Shown piece after piece: positions 49,419 through 59,668 of a DNA stretch of 64,000 nucleotides; the first letter of the stretch is position 1; each line of letters begins with the position of its first letter. Made by a program: the position numbers and the translations under genes. Source of the DNA: Escherichia coli (GTDB taxonomy: Bacteria; Pseudomonadota; Gammaproteobacteria; Enterobacterales; Enterobacteriaceae); NCBI RefSeq assembly GCF_046105845.1, contig NZ_CP151004.1, one strand, 5' to 3'. The notes under the pieces are model-generated. The model did no database searches and had not been told where the DNA came from. It saw only the letters and a program-made list of their open reading frames with translations.

Positions 49419-50582
49419 GTGGAACAGATTAATTCAAATAAAAAACAATCTAACAGAAGAAAATACTTTTCTTTATTGGCGGTAGTTTTATTTATTGCGT
49501 TTTCAGGTGCCTATGCCTATTGGTCAATGGAATTAGAAGACATGATTAGTACAGATGACGCCTATGTCACGGGGAATGCAGATCCAATTTCTGCACAAGT
49601 CTCAGGTAGTGTCACTGTCGTTAATCATAAAGATACGAACTACGTTCGACAAGGTGACATTTTAGTCTCACTGGATAAGACTGATGCCACTATCGCACTC
49701 AATAAAGCTAAAAATAATCTGGCCAATATTGTTCGGCAAACGAATAAACTGTACTTACAGGATAAACAATACAGTGCCGAAGTCGCTTCAGCTCGTATTC
49801 AGTATCAACAATCTTTAGAAGATTATAACCGTCGTGTACCTTTAGCGAAGCAGGGGGTTATTTCAAAAGAAACGCTGGAGCATACCAAAGATACGTTAAT
49901 AAGTAGCAAAGCGGCATTGAATGCTGCTATTCAGGCTTATAAAGCGAATAAAGCTTTAGTAATGAACACACCATTAAACCGTCAGCCACAAGTCGTTGAA
50001 GCGGCGGATGCAACCAAAGAAGCCTGGTTAGCGCTTAAACGTACGGATATTAAGAGTCCGGTTACCGGCTATATTGCCCAGCGAAGTGTTCAGGTCGGCG
50101 AAACAGTGAGTCCCGGACAATCGTTAATGGCTGTCGTACCGGCACGTCAAATGTGGGTTAATGCCAACTTTAAAGAAACACAACTCACGGATGTACGGAT
50201 TGGTCAATCGGTCAATATTATCAGCGATCTTTATGGTGAAAATGTTGTGTTTCATGGTCGGGTGACAGGGATCAATATGGGAACCGGCAATGCGTTCTCC
50301 TTATTACCTGCACAAAATGCGACAGGGAACTGGATCAAAATCGTTCAGCGTGTACCGGTTGAAGTTTCTCTTGATCCAAAAGAACTCATGGAACATCCCT
50401 TACGTATTGGTTTATCGATGACAGCAACTATTGATACGAAGAACGAAGACATTGCCGAGATGCCTGAGCTGGCTTCAACCGTGACGTCCATGCCTGCTTA
50501 TACCAGTAAGGCTTTAGTTATCGATACCAGCCCGATAGAAAAAGAAATTAGCAACATTATTTCGCATAATGGACAACTTTAA
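49419..50582 (+). CDS. emrK: Multidrug efflux membrane fusion protein (EmrA paralog)
   Basis: 387-aa ORF with single N-terminal TM and HlyD-family periplasmic adaptor features. Confidence 0.9.
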   Translation: MEQINSNKKQSNRRKYFSLLAVVLFIAFSGAYAYWSMELEDMISTDDAYVTGNADPISAQVSGSVTVVNHKDTNYVRQGDILVSLDKTDATIALNKAKNNLANIVRQTNKLYLQDKQYSAEVASARIQYQQSLEDYNRRVPLAKQGVISKETLEHTKDTLISSKAALNAAIQAYKANKALVMNTPLNRQPQVVEAADATKEAWLALKRTDIKSPVTGYIAQRSVQVGETVSPGQSLMAVVPARQMWVNANFKETQLTDVRIGQSVNIISDLYGENVVFHGRVTGINMGTGNAFSLLPAQNATGNWIKIVQRVPVEVSLDPKELMEHPLRIGLSMTATIDTKNEDIAEMPELASTVTSMPAYTSKALVIDTSPIEKEISNIISHNGQL

Positions 50583-52120
50583 TGGCAATCACTAAATCAA
50601 CTCCGGCACCATTAACCGGTGGGACGTTATGGTGCGTCACTATTGCATTGTCATTAGCGACGTTTATGCAAATGTTGGATTCCACTATTTCTAACGTCGC
50701 AATACCGACAATATCTGGCTTTCTGGGAGCATCAACAGACGAAGGCACCTGGGTTATCACTTCGTTTGGCGTAGCAAATGCCATTGCGATCCCTGTTACC
50801 GGCAGGCTGGCACAAAGAATAGGCGAATTAAGATTATTTTTACTTTCAGTCACTTTTTTTTCGCTGTCTTCATTAATGTGTAGCCTATCGACCAATCTTG
50901 ATGTGCTGATATTTTTTAGAGTCGTTCAGGGGTTAATGGCGGGGCCGTTAATTCCACTGTCACAGAGTTTATTATTAAGGAATTATCCGCCAGAAAAAAG
51001 AACATTTGCTTTGGCATTATGGTCAATGACCGTAATTATCGCTCCGATATGTGGGCCGATATTGGGCGGCTATATTTGCGATAACTTTAGCTGGGGTTGG
51101 ATATTTTTAATCAATGTCCCTATGGGGATTATCGTTCTGACATTATGCTTAACCTTACTTAAAGGAAGAGAAACTGAGACTTCACCGGTCAAAATGAATC
51201 TACCAGGACTAACCCTGTTAGTGCTCGGTGTTGGTGGCTTGCAGATAATGCTTGATAAAGGGCGCGACCTGGATTGGTTCAACTCGAGTACAATAATAAT
51301 ACTAACAGTAGTGTCAGTTATTTCTCTGATTTCTTTAGTCATTTGGGAGTCGACCTCAGAGAACCCGATTCTTGATCTCAGTTTGTTTAAGTCCCGTAAT
51401 TTCACCATTGGTATTGTGAGTATCACATGCGCGTATTTATTTTACTCTGGAGCGATCGTCCTTATGCCGCAGTTACTCCAGGAAACTTTGGGGTATAATG
51501 CGATATGGGCCGGACTTGCTTATGCGCCCATCGGCATCATGCCACTATTAATTTCACCTTTGATAGGACGTTATGGCAACAAAATAGACATGCGGGTGTT
51601 AGTGACATTTAGTTTTTTGATGTATGCGGTTTGCTATTACTGGCGTTCTGTGACATTTATGCCAACGATTGATTTTACAGGCATTATTTTGCCACAGTTT
51701 TTCCAGGGATTCGCCGTTGCCTGTTTCTTTTTACCCTTAACAACGATTTCGTTTTCAGGGTTGCCAGATAATAAATTTGCCAATGCCTCGAGTATGAGTA
51801 ATTTTTTTCGTACCTTGTCAGGATCAGTTGGTACGTCGTTGACAATGACGCTGTGGGGACGACGCGAATCGTTACACCATAGTCAGTTGACAGCAACCAT
51901 CGATCAATTTAACCCCGTGTTTAATTCATCGTCACAAATTATGGATAAATACTATGGTTCGCTTTCAGGAGTTCTTAATGAGATTAATAATGAAATAACC
52001 CAGCAGTCACTTTCTATTTCTGCAAATGAGATTTTCCGTATGGCGGCTATTGCTTTTATCTTACTTACGGTTTTGGTTTGGTTTGCGAAACCGCCCTTTA
52101 CAGCGAAAGGCGTTGGGTGA
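50582..52120 (+). CDS. emrY: MFS multidrug efflux pump (EmrB paralog, 14-TM type)
   Basis: 512-aa polytopic ORF; start overlaps the emrK stop. Confidence 0.9.
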   Translation: MAITKSTPAPLTGGTLWCVTIALSLATFMQMLDSTISNVAIPTISGFLGASTDEGTWVITSFGVANAIAIPVTGRLAQRIGELRLFLLSVTFFSLSSLMCSLSTNLDVLIFFRVVQGLMAGPLIPLSQSLLLRNYPPEKRTFALALWSMTVIIAPICGPILGGYICDNFSWGWIFLINVPMGIIVLTLCLTLLKGRETETSPVKMNLPGLTLLVLGVGGLQIMLDKGRDLDWFNSSTIIILTVVSVISLISLVIWESTSENPILDLSLFKSRNFTIGIVSITCAYLFYSGAIVLMPQLLQETLGYNAIWAGLAYAPIGIMPLLISPLIGRYGNKIDMRVLVTFSFLMYAVCYYWRSVTFMPTIDFTGIILPQFFQGFAVACFFLPLTTISFSGLPDNKFANASSMSNFFRTLSGSVGTSLTMTLWGRRESLHHSQLTATIDQFNPVFNSSSQIMDKYYGSLSGVLNEINNEITQQSLSISANEIFRMAAIAFILLTVLVWFAKPPFTAKGVG

Positions 52121-52227
52121 TGGTAAAAGCAAGGGGTTATAGCGGGTAAGACCGGGGATCTTAAGTCTGCGCCATCGGCAGCATCGCTCACCCAGGGAAA
52201 GGATGGCGATGCTGCATTGAAAATTAA

Positions 52228-53556
52228 TTAGCGGCCTTTTGCCAGATATTGCTCCATCTCTTCTTCCGGCACCATTCCACCTCCCGTCGCCCACACCAGA
52301 TGAGTGGCATTACGCAGTTGTTCTGCGCTGAAACCGTGCATCTGTTGGTAACTTACTGATGCACACACGCGCTGAGGTCCGGCCATACCCGCCAGTGCCG
52401 AAGGTTCAAGACGAATACCTTCTTCCTGCGCCAGCCAGCCAAGCATGTCATACATGGATTGATCGCTAAGGGTATAGAAGCCATCCAGTAGACGCTCCAT
52501 TGCCCGCCCGACAAAGCCTGATGCGCGACCAACTGCAAGGCCATCCGCTGCGGTAAGGTTGTCGATACCAATATCCTGAACAGAAATCTGATCGTGTAAT
52601 CCTGTATGGACGCCTAACAGCATACAAGGGGAGTGCGTTGGTTCGGCAAAAAAGCAGTGAACATGATCGCCAAATGCCAGTTTAAGCCCGAATGCGACGC
52701 CACCAGGACCACCGCCAACACCACACGGCAGATAGACAAACAGAGGGTTATCAGCATCGACAATACGACCTTGCTCGGCAAATTGCGCTTTAAGACGCTG
52801 GCCTGCGACGGAATACCCAAGGAACAACGTGCGGGAATTTTCGTCATCAATAAAGAAACAGTTCGGGTCAGACTGCGCTGCTTTACGTCCTTCCTCGACG
52901 GCAACACCATAATCTTGCTCATATTCCACGACCGTAACGCCATGGCTGCGCAGTTTCGCTTTTTTCCATGCCCGGGCATCAGCAGACATATGCACTGTCA
53001 CCTTAAAGCCAATGCGGGCGCTCATTATGCCGATTGATAACCCCAGATTTCCGGTTGAGCCCACAGCAATGCTGTATTGACTAAAGAACTGTTTAAACTC
53101 CGGAGACAGTAGTTTGCTGTAGTCATCTTCAGGCGTCAGCAACCCCGCTTCCAGAGCCAGTTTTTCTGCGTGTGCCAGGACTTCATAAATCCCGCCGCGT
53201 GCTTTTATGGAGCCGGAAATGGGCAAATGGCTATCTTTTTTCAGTAACAGTTGTCCGCTGATCGGTTGTTGATATTCCTTTTCCAGCCGTTTTTGCATAG
53301 CCGGAATGGCAACCAGTTCTGATTCAATAATCCCCCCAGTGGCAGCAGTTTCAGGAAATGCTTTTGCCAGATAGGGTGCAAAACGAGATAAGCGCGCATG
53401 GGCGTCCTGAACATCCTGTTCGGTCAGGCCAACATAAGGTAAACCTTCAGCCAATGAGGTCGTGCCAGGATTAAACCAGGTGGTTTCTTTAAGAGCAACC
53501 AGATCCTTTACCAACGGATACTGGGCGATGAGCGAGTTCATTTTAGCGTTTTCCAT
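52228..53556 (-). CDS. dsdA: D-serine dehydratase (D-serine ammonia-lyase, PLP-dependent)
   Basis: 442-aa [34 protein letters not shown]... with PLP-lysine region (SGSIKARGG). Confidence 0.95.
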   Translation of the reverse strand: MENAKMNSLIAQYPLVKDLVALKETTWFNPGTTSLAEGLPYVGLTEQDVQDAHARLSRFAPYLAKAFPETAATGGIIESELVAIPAMQKRLEKEYQQPISGQLLLKKDSHLPISGSIKARGGIYEVLAHAEKLALEAGLLTPEDDYSKLLSPEFKQFFSQYSIAVGSTGNLGLSIGIMSARIGFKVTVHMSADARAWKKAKLRSHGVTVVEYEQDYGVAVEEGRKAAQSDPNCFFIDDENSRTLFLGYSVAGQRLKAQFAEQGRIVDADNPLFVYLPCGVGGGPGGVAFGLKLAFGDHVHCFFAEPTHSPCMLLGVHTGLHDQISVQDIGIDNLTAADGLAVGRASGFVGRAMERLLDGFYTLSDQSMYDMLGWLAQEEGIRLEPSALAGMAGPQRVCASVSYQQMHGFSAEQLRNATHLVWATGGGMVPEEEMEQYLAKGR

Positions 53557-53573
53557 AGTACGTCTCTTTGCGC

Positions 53574-53792
53574 TTAGATGATAAATGACAGCAGGAATGT
53601 GCCCGCCAGAGCGACGACTGAAGCGATAAATGTCGCTGTCGTATAGTATTTAAATGTTTCATTGAGCGTAGCGCCGCAATATTGCTTCACCAGCCAGAAA
53701 AGCGAGTCTGTAACGATCGTGCAGCCAATCGCACCTGAACCGATAGCAATCGCAATAATTTCCGGGCTGATGTCGGGATACAGCGGCAGCAC
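53574..53792 (-). pseudogene. dsdX: 3'-terminal remnant of the D-serine permease gene dsdX (GntP family); 5' portion and dsdC replaced by the csc island
   Basis: 72-aa ORF of purely membrane-like sequence 18 bp upstream of dsdA, where intact dsdX sits in K-12; far too short for a GntP permease. Confidence 0.7.
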
Positions 53793-54034
53793 AATGATCC
53801 ATATTTATATTTTCTTCTCCAGGTTGGCGATGCCAGTTGGCATGTTTTACCTACTTGCCTATATGGTTACTCGTTGGCGAGAACAGAGGCGGAATTGGGC
53901 ACAATTGTCCGGGAATTATTGTTATTTTTTATTGTATTGCCGTGTCGGGTGATAGGGCGTTGAGAATATCGTTGGATCTCGCCAGTGACGTCTGTTTCTG
54001 CTACAGTGCCCGTTTTACGGCAAACGGCTTGGGT

Positions 54035-55030
54035 ATGGCTTCATTAAAGGATGTCGCACGCCTGGCGGGAGTGTCGATGATGACAGTCTCCCGGGTGATG
54101 CATAATGCAGAATCTGTGCGTCCTGCAACGCGTGACCGCGTATTGCAGGCAATCCAGACCCTGAATTATGTTCCTGATCTTTCCGCCCGTAAGATGCGCG
54201 CTCAAGGACGTAAGCCGTCGACTCTCGCCGTGCTGGCGCAGGACACTGCTACCACTCCTTTCTCTGTTGATATTCTGCTTGCCATTGAGCAAACCGCCAG
54301 CGAGTTCGGCTGGAATAGTTTTTTAATCAATATTTTTTCTGAAGATGACGCTGCCCGCGCGGCACGTCAGCTGCTTGCCCACCGTCCGGATGGCATTATC
54401 TATACTACAATGGGGCTGCGACATATCACGCTGCCTGAGTCTCTGTATGGTGAAAATATTGTATTGGCGAACTGTGTGGCGGATGACCCAGCGTTACCCA
54501 GTTATATCCCTGATGATTACACTGCACAATATGAATCAACACAGCATTTGCTCGCGGCGGGCTATCGTCAACCGTTATGCTTCTGGCTACCGGAAAGTGC
54601 GTTGGCAACAGGGTATCGTCGGCAGGGATTTGAGCAGGCCTGGCGTGATGCTGGACGAGATCTGGCTGAGGTGAAACAATTTCACATGGCAACAGGTGAT
54701 GATCACTACACCGATCTCGCAAGTTTACTCAATGACCACTTCAAATCTGGCAAACCAGATTTTGATGTTCTGATATGTGGTAACGATCGCGCAGCCTTTG
54801 TCGCTTATCAGGTTCTCCTGGCGAAGGGGGTACGTATCCCGCAGGATGTCGCCGTAATGGGCTTTGATAATCTGGTTGGCGTCGGGCATCTGTTTTTACC
54901 GCCGCTGACCACAATTCAGCTTCCACATGACATTATCGGGCGGGAAGCTGCATTGCATATTATTGAAGGTCGTGAAGGGGGAAGAGTGACGCGGATCCCT
55001 TGCCCGCTGTTGATCCGTTGTTCCACCTGA
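54035..55030 (+). CDS. cscR: LacI-family sucrose operon repressor (start taken at MASLKDVARLAGVS)
   Basis: N-terminal LacI-type HTH (LKDVARLAGVSMMTVSRVMHN) plus periplasmic-binding-like sugar domain; convergent with cscA. Confidence 0.85.
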   Translation: MASLKDVARLAGVSMMTVSRVMHNAESVRPATRDRVLQAIQTLNYVPDLSARKMRAQGRKPSTLAVLAQDTATTPFSVDILLAIEQTASEFGWNSFLINIFSEDDAARAARQLLAHRPDGIIYTTMGLRHITLPESLYGENIVLANCVADDPALPSYIPDDYTAQYESTQHLLAAGYRQPLCFWLPESALATGYRRQGFEQAWRDAGRDLAEVKQFHMATGDDHYTDLASLLNDHFKSGKPDFDVLICGNDRAAFVAYQVLLAKGVRIPQDVAVMGFDNLVGVGHLFLPPLTTIQLPHDIIGREAALHIIEGREGGRVTRIPCPLLIRCST

Positions 55031-55037
55031 TATTATG

Positions 55038-56471
55038 TTAACCCAGTTGCCAGAGTGCTCCATGTTGCAGCACAGCCACTCCGTGGGAGGCATAGAGCGA
55101 CAGTTCCCGTTCTTCTGGCTGCGGATAGATTCGGCTACTCATCACCGTTTCCCCGTCGTTAATAAATACTTCCACGGATGATGTATCGATAAATATCCTT
55201 AGGGCGAGCGTGTCACCCTGCGGGAGGGGAATACTACGGTAGCCGTCTAAATTCTCGTGTGGGTAATATCGCCACAAAACAAGTCGCTCAGATTGGTTAT
55301 CAATATACAGCCGCATTCCAGTGCCGAGCTGTAATCCGTAATGTTCGGCATCACTGTTCTTCAGCGCCCACTGCAACTGAATCTCAACTGCTTGCGCGTT
55401 TTCCTGCAAAACATATTTATTGCTGATTGTGCGGGGAGAGATAGATTGATGCTGCTGGCGTAACGACTCAGCTTCGTGTACCGGGCGTTGTAGGAGTTTG
55501 CCATTGCTCTCTGATAGCTCGCGCGCCAGCGTCATGCAGCCTGCCCAGCCTTCACGTTTTGAGGGCATTGGCGATTCCCACATATCCATCCAGCCGATAA
55601 CAATACGCCGACCATCCTTCGCTACAAAGCTTTGTGGTGCATAAAAGTCATGCCCGTTATCAAGTTCAGTAAAATGCCCGGATTGTGCAAAAAGTCGTCC
55701 AGGCGACCAAATTCCGGGTATTACGCCACTTTGAAAGCGATTTCGATAACTGTATCCCTCGGCATTCATTCCCTGCGGGGAAAACATCAGATAATGCTGA
55801 TCGCCAAGGCTGAAAAAGTCCGGACATTCCCACATATAGCTTTCACCCGCATCAGCGTGGGCCAGTACGCGATCGAAAGTCCATTCACGCAATGAACTGC
55901 CGCGATAAAGCAGGATCTGCCCCGTGTTGCCTGGGTCTTTCGCCCCGACTACCATCCACCATGTGTCGGCTTCACGCCACACTTTAGGATCGCGGAAGTG
56001 CATGATGCCTTCTGGTGGAGTGAGGATCACACCCTGTTTCTCGAAATGAATACCATCCCGACTGGTAGCCAGACATTGTACTTCGCGAATTGCATCGTCA
56101 TTACCTGCACCATCGAGCCAGACGTGTCCGGTGTAGATAAGTGAGAGGACACCATTGTCATCGACAGCACTACCTGAAAAACACCCGTCTTTGTCATTCT
56201 CGTCTCCTGGCGCTAGCGCAATAGGCTCATGCTGCCAGTGGATCATATCGTCGCTGGTGGCATGTCCCCAGTGCATTGGCCCCCAGTGTTCGCTCATCGG
56301 GTGATGTTGATAAAACGCGTGATAACGATCGTTAAACCAGATCAGGCCGTTTGGATCGTTCATCCACCCGGCAGGAGGCGCGAGGTGAAAATGGGGATAG
56401 AAAGTGTTACCTCGGCGCTCGTGAAGTTTTGCTAGTGCGTTTTGCGCCGCATGTAATCGAGATTGCGTCAT
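55038..56471 (-). CDS. cscA: Sucrose-6-phosphate hydrolase / invertase (glycoside hydrolase family 32)
   Basis: GH32 motifs WMNDPNGL, FRDP and WECPD in the translation. Confidence 0.9.
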   Translation of the reverse strand: MTQSRLHAAQNALAKLHERRGNTFYPHFHLAPPAGWMNDPNGLIWFNDRYHAFYQHHPMSEHWGPMHWGHATSDDMIHWQHEPIALAPGDENDKDGCFSGSAVDDNGVLSLIYTGHVWLDGAGNDDAIREVQCLATSRDGIHFEKQGVILTPPEGIMHFRDPKVWREADTWWMVVGAKDPGNTGQILLYRGSSLREWTFDRVLAHADAGESYMWECPDFFSLGDQHYLMFSPQGMNAEGYSYRNRFQSGVIPGIWSPGRLFAQSGHFTELDNGHDFYAPQSFVAKDGRRIVIGWMDMWESPMPSKREGWAGCMTLARELSESNGKLLQRPVHEAESLRQQHQSISPRTISNKYVLQENAQAVEIQLQWALKNSDAEHYGLQLGTGMRLYIDNQSERLVLWRYYPHENLDGYRSIPLPQGDTLALRIFIDTSSVEVFINDGETVMSSRIYPQPEERELSLYASHGVAVLQHGALWQLG

Positions 56472-56504
56472 TTTTATCATCCTGGTTAAGCAAACTTGGT
56501 GAAT

Positions 56505-56517
56505 TGTTAACGTTAAC
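56505..56517. promoter_or_regulatory. Candidate CscR operator O1 (palindrome TGTTAACGTTAAC) upstream of cscA
   Basis: Self-complementary GTTAACGTTAAC core with central CG, typical of LacI-family operators. Confidence 0.5.
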
Positions 56518-56568
56518 CTTTATAAAAATAAAGTCCCTTGCTTTCATAAATGCGATGAATATCACAAA

Positions 56569-56581
56569 TGTTAACGTTAAC
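56569..56581. promoter_or_regulatory. Candidate CscR operator O2 (second exact copy of TGTTAACGTTAAC) upstream of cscK
   Basis: Identical 13-mer 64 bp from O1 within the divergent cscA/cscK control region. Confidence 0.5.
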
Positions 56582-56686
56582 TATGACGTTTTGTGATCGA
56601 ATATGCATGTTTTAGTAAATCCATGACGATTTTGCGAAAAAGAGGTTTATCACTATGCGTAAGTCAGATGAATTTAAGGGAAAAAA

Positions 56687-57610
56687 ATGTCAGCCAAAGT
56701 ATGGGTTTTAGGGGATGCGGTCGTAGATCTCTTGCCAGAATCAGACGGGCGGCTACTGCCTTGTCCTGGCGGTGCGCCAGCTAACGTTGCGGTGGGAATC
56801 GCCAGATTAGGCGGAATAAGTGGGTTTATAGGTCGGGTGGGGGATGATCCTTTTGGTGCGTTAATGCAAAGAACGCTGCTAACTGAGGGTGTCGATATCA
56901 CGTATCTGAAGCAAGATGAATGGCACCGGACATCCACGGTGCTTGTCGATCTGAACGATCAAGGAGAACGTTCATTTACGTTTATGGTCCGCCCCAGTGC
57001 CGATCTTTTTTTAGAGACGACAGACTTGCCCTGCTGGCGACATGGCGAATGGTTACATCTCTGTTCAATTGCGTTGTCTGCCGAGCCTTCGCGTACCAGC
57101 GCATTTACAGCGATGACGGCGATCCGGCATGCCGGAGGTTTTGTCAGCTTCGATCCCAATATTCGTGAAGATCTATGGCAAGACGAGCATTTGCTCCGCT
57201 TGTGTTTGCGGCAGGCGCTACAACTGGCGGATGTCGTCAAGCTCTCGGAAGAAGAATGGCGACTTATCAGTGGAAAAACACAGAACGATCGGGATATATG
57301 CGCCCTGGCAAAAGAGTATGAGATCGCCATGCTGTTGGTGACTAAAGGTGCAGAAGGGGTGGTGGTCTGTTATCGAGGACAAGTTCACCATTTTGCTGGA
57401 ATGTCTGTGAATTGTGTCGATAGCACGGGGGCGGGAGATGCGTTCGTTGCCGGGTTACTCACAGGTCTGTCCTCTACGGGATTATCTACAGATGAAAGAG
57501 AAATGCGACAAATTATCGATCTCGCTCAACGTTGCGGAGCGCTTGCAGTAACAGCGAAAGGGGCAATGACAGCGCTGCCATGTCGACAAGAACTGGAAAG
57601 TGAGAAGTAA
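56687..57610 (+). CDS. cscK: Fructokinase (PfkB/ribokinase family)
   Basis: 307-aa ORF with PfkB signatures (GGAPANVAVGIARLGG and DSTGAGDAFVAGLL). Confidence 0.9.
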   Translation: MSAKVWVLGDAVVDLLPESDGRLLPCPGGAPANVAVGIARLGGISGFIGRVGDDPFGALMQRTLLTEGVDITYLKQDEWHRTSTVLVDLNDQGERSFTFMVRPSADLFLETTDLPCWRHGEWLHLCSIALSAEPSRTSAFTAMTAIRHAGGFVSFDPNIREDLWQDEHLLRLCLRQALQLADVVKLSEEEWRLISGKTQNDRDICALAKEYEIAMLLVTKGAEGVVVCYRGQVHHFAGMSVNCVDSTGAGDAFVAGLLTGLSSTGLSTDEREMRQIIDLAQRCGALAVTAKGAMTALPCRQELESEK

Positions 57611-57671
57611 ACGGCGAGGCCGCTCTTATCTCTAAATAGGACATGAATTTTTTAACGACAGGCAGGTAATT

Positions 57672-58919
57672 ATGGCACTGAATATTCCATTCAGAAATGC
57701 GTACTATCGTTTTGCATCCAGTTACTCATTTCTCTTTTTTATTTCCTGGTCGCTGTGGTGGTCGTTATACGCTATTTGGCTGAAAGGACATCTAGGATTA
57801 ACAGGGACTGAATTAGGTACACTTTATTCGGTCAACCAGTTTACCAGCATTCTATTTATGATGTTCTACGGCATCGTTCAGGATAAACTCGGTCTGAAGA
57901 AACCGCTCATCTGGTGTATGAGTTTCATTCTGGTCTTGACCGGACCGTTTATGATTTACGTTTATGAACCGTTACTGCAAAGCAATTTTTCTGTAGGTCT
58001 AATTCTGGGGGCGCTCTTTTTTGGCCTGGGGTATCTGGCGGGATGCGGTTTGCTTGACAGCTTCACTGAAAAAATGGCGCGAAATTTTCATTTCGAATAT
58101 GGAACAGCGCGCGCCTGGGGATCTTTTGGCTATGCTATTGGCGCGTTCTTTGCCGGTATATTTTTTAGTATCAGTCCCCATATCAACTTCTGGTTGGTCT
58201 CGCTATTTGGCGCTGTATTTATGATGATCAACATGCGTTTTAAAGATAAGGATCACCAGTGCATAGCGGCGGATGCGGGAGGGGTAAAAAAAGAGGATTT
58301 TATCGCAGTTTTCAAGGATCGAAACTTCTGGGTTTTTGTCATATTTATTGTGGGGACGTGGTCTTTCTATAACATTTTTGATCAACAACTCTTTCCTGTC
58401 TTTTATGCAGGTTTATTCGAATCACACGATGTAGGAACGCGCCTGTATGGTTATCTCAACTCATTCCAGGTGGTACTCGAAGCGCTGTGCATGGCGATTA
58501 TTCCTTTCTTTGTGAATCGGGTAGGGCCAAAAAATGCATTACTTATCGGTGTTGTGATTATGGCGTTGCGTATCCTTTCCTGCGCGCTGTTCGTTAACCC
58601 CTGGATTATTTCATTAGTGAAGCTGTTACATGCCATTGAGGTTCCACTTTGTGTCATATCCGTCTTCAAATACAGCGTGGCAAACTTTGATAAGCGCCTG
58701 TCGTCGACGATCTTTCTGATTGGTTTTCAAATTGCCAGTTCGCTTGGGATTGTGCTGCTTTCAACGCCGACTGGGATACTCTTTGACCACGCAGGCTACC
58801 AGACAGTTTTCTTCGCAATTTCGGGTATTGTCTGCCTGATGTTGCTATTTGGCATTTTCTTCTTGAGTAAAAAACGCGAGCAAATAGTTATGGAAACGCC
58901 TGTACCTTCAGCAATATAG
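57672..58919 (+). CDS. cscB: Sucrose:H+ symporter (LacY-like oligosaccharide:H+ symporter, MFS)
   Basis: 415-aa 12-TM MFS ORF downstream of cscK. Confidence 0.85.
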   Translation: MALNIPFRNAYYRFASSYSFLFFISWSLWWSLYAIWLKGHLGLTGTELGTLYSVNQFTSILFMMFYGIVQDKLGLKKPLIWCMSFILVLTGPFMIYVYEPLLQSNFSVGLILGALFFGLGYLAGCGLLDSFTEKMARNFHFEYGTARAWGSFGYAIGAFFAGIFFSISPHINFWLVSLFGAVFMMINMRFKDKDHQCIAADAGGVKKEDFIAVFKDRNFWVFVIFIVGTWSFYNIFDQQLFPVFYAGLFESHDVGTRLYGYLNSFQVVLEALCMAIIPFFVNRVGPKNALLIGVVIMALRILSCALFVNPWIISLVKLLHAIEVPLCVISVFKYSVANFDKRLSSTIFLIGFQIASSLGIVLLSTPTGILFDHAGYQTVFFAISGIVCLMLLFGIFFLSKKREQIVMETPVPSAI

Positions 58920-59360
58920 ACGTAAACTTTTTCCGGTTGTTGTCGATATCTCCATATCCCTCAACCGGAAAATAGTAATACAAAAATGCTTAGCCCAACT
59001 AATAATCACCTAATCCAAACGCCTCATTCATGTTCTGGTACAGTCGCTCAAATGTACTCCGGATACGCGGTTCGCTGATTTCCAGGACATTGTCGTCATT
59101 CAGCGACCTGTCCCGAGTATCACGGGCCTGCGAATTCATCAAGGAATGCATTGCAGAGTGAAGTATCGAGTCACGCCATATTTCGCTATCAGGATTCTGT
59201 ATGATGGTTACATCGCCCGGCCCAGGGCTGTTTAGTCATCAGCGCTTTCTGACAGTGCTGAGATTTCAACCTGTTGCAGTAAAAATGAGTAGATATAGGG
59301 CAAGTGTGCTGCCAAACCCATCTTTTACGGGGTGAAGGTAGATATTGTTAGAAGGGTATC

Positions 59361-59375
59361 TGGTGTCCCCTGCAG
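59361..59375 (-). other. Prophage attachment-site core (attR): 15-nt copy of the 3' end of tRNA-Arg argW
   Basis: Minus strand reads CTGCAGGGGACACCA, identical to the 3' terminus of argW as I recall it; directly flanks torI as at the K-12 KplE1 attR. Confidence 0.6.
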
Positions 59376-59448
59376 ACATCTACTTGACGCGGCAGGGGAT
59401 TGATTGGAATGGTGTTTTTTGGATGTGAGAAATATTTTACCCGCTATT

Positions 59449-59649
59449 TTACCCATTGGCGCGGCTTAAGAGCTTATTTTTGAATTCACAATGGTCACGA
59501 TATAACCATCTTGCTCGCCCGTGGATAACTTTAGCTTTTGGCAGGTCGCCGGACTTAATCCGGTCATAGATGAAGGTTTTACCGAAGCCAGTATCGGCCA
59601 TGATGAATTTCAAATCAACCAGTGAATCAGGTTGTAGTTCGTGTTGCAT
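59449..59649 (-). CDS. torI: Excisionase / recombination directionality factor TorI (start taken at MQHELQPDSL)
   Basis: 66-aa translation MQHELQPDSLVDLKFIMADTGFGKTFIYDRIKSGDLPKAKVIHGRARWLYRDHCEFKNKLLSRANG recognised as TorI; winged-helix Xis-like. Confidence 0.8.
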   Translation of the reverse strand: MQHELQPDSLVDLKFIMADTGFGKTFIYDRIKSGDLPKAKVIHGRARWLYRDHCEFKNKLLSRANG

Positions 59650-59668
59650 GAGTGCTATCTCCAAATAG

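Noticed and set aside
52178-52215. 10-bp inverted repeat between emrY and dsdA as a possible terminator
   Set aside because: Long 18-nt loop and no flanking T-run on either strand; could still be a protein-binding palindrome but not a convincing intrinsic terminator.
58920-59448. Searched for an integrase gene or remnant next to the att core
   Set aside because: No ORF of suitable size and no tyrosine-recombinase motifs in any frame; consistent with the integrase lying at the other prophage end, outside the window.
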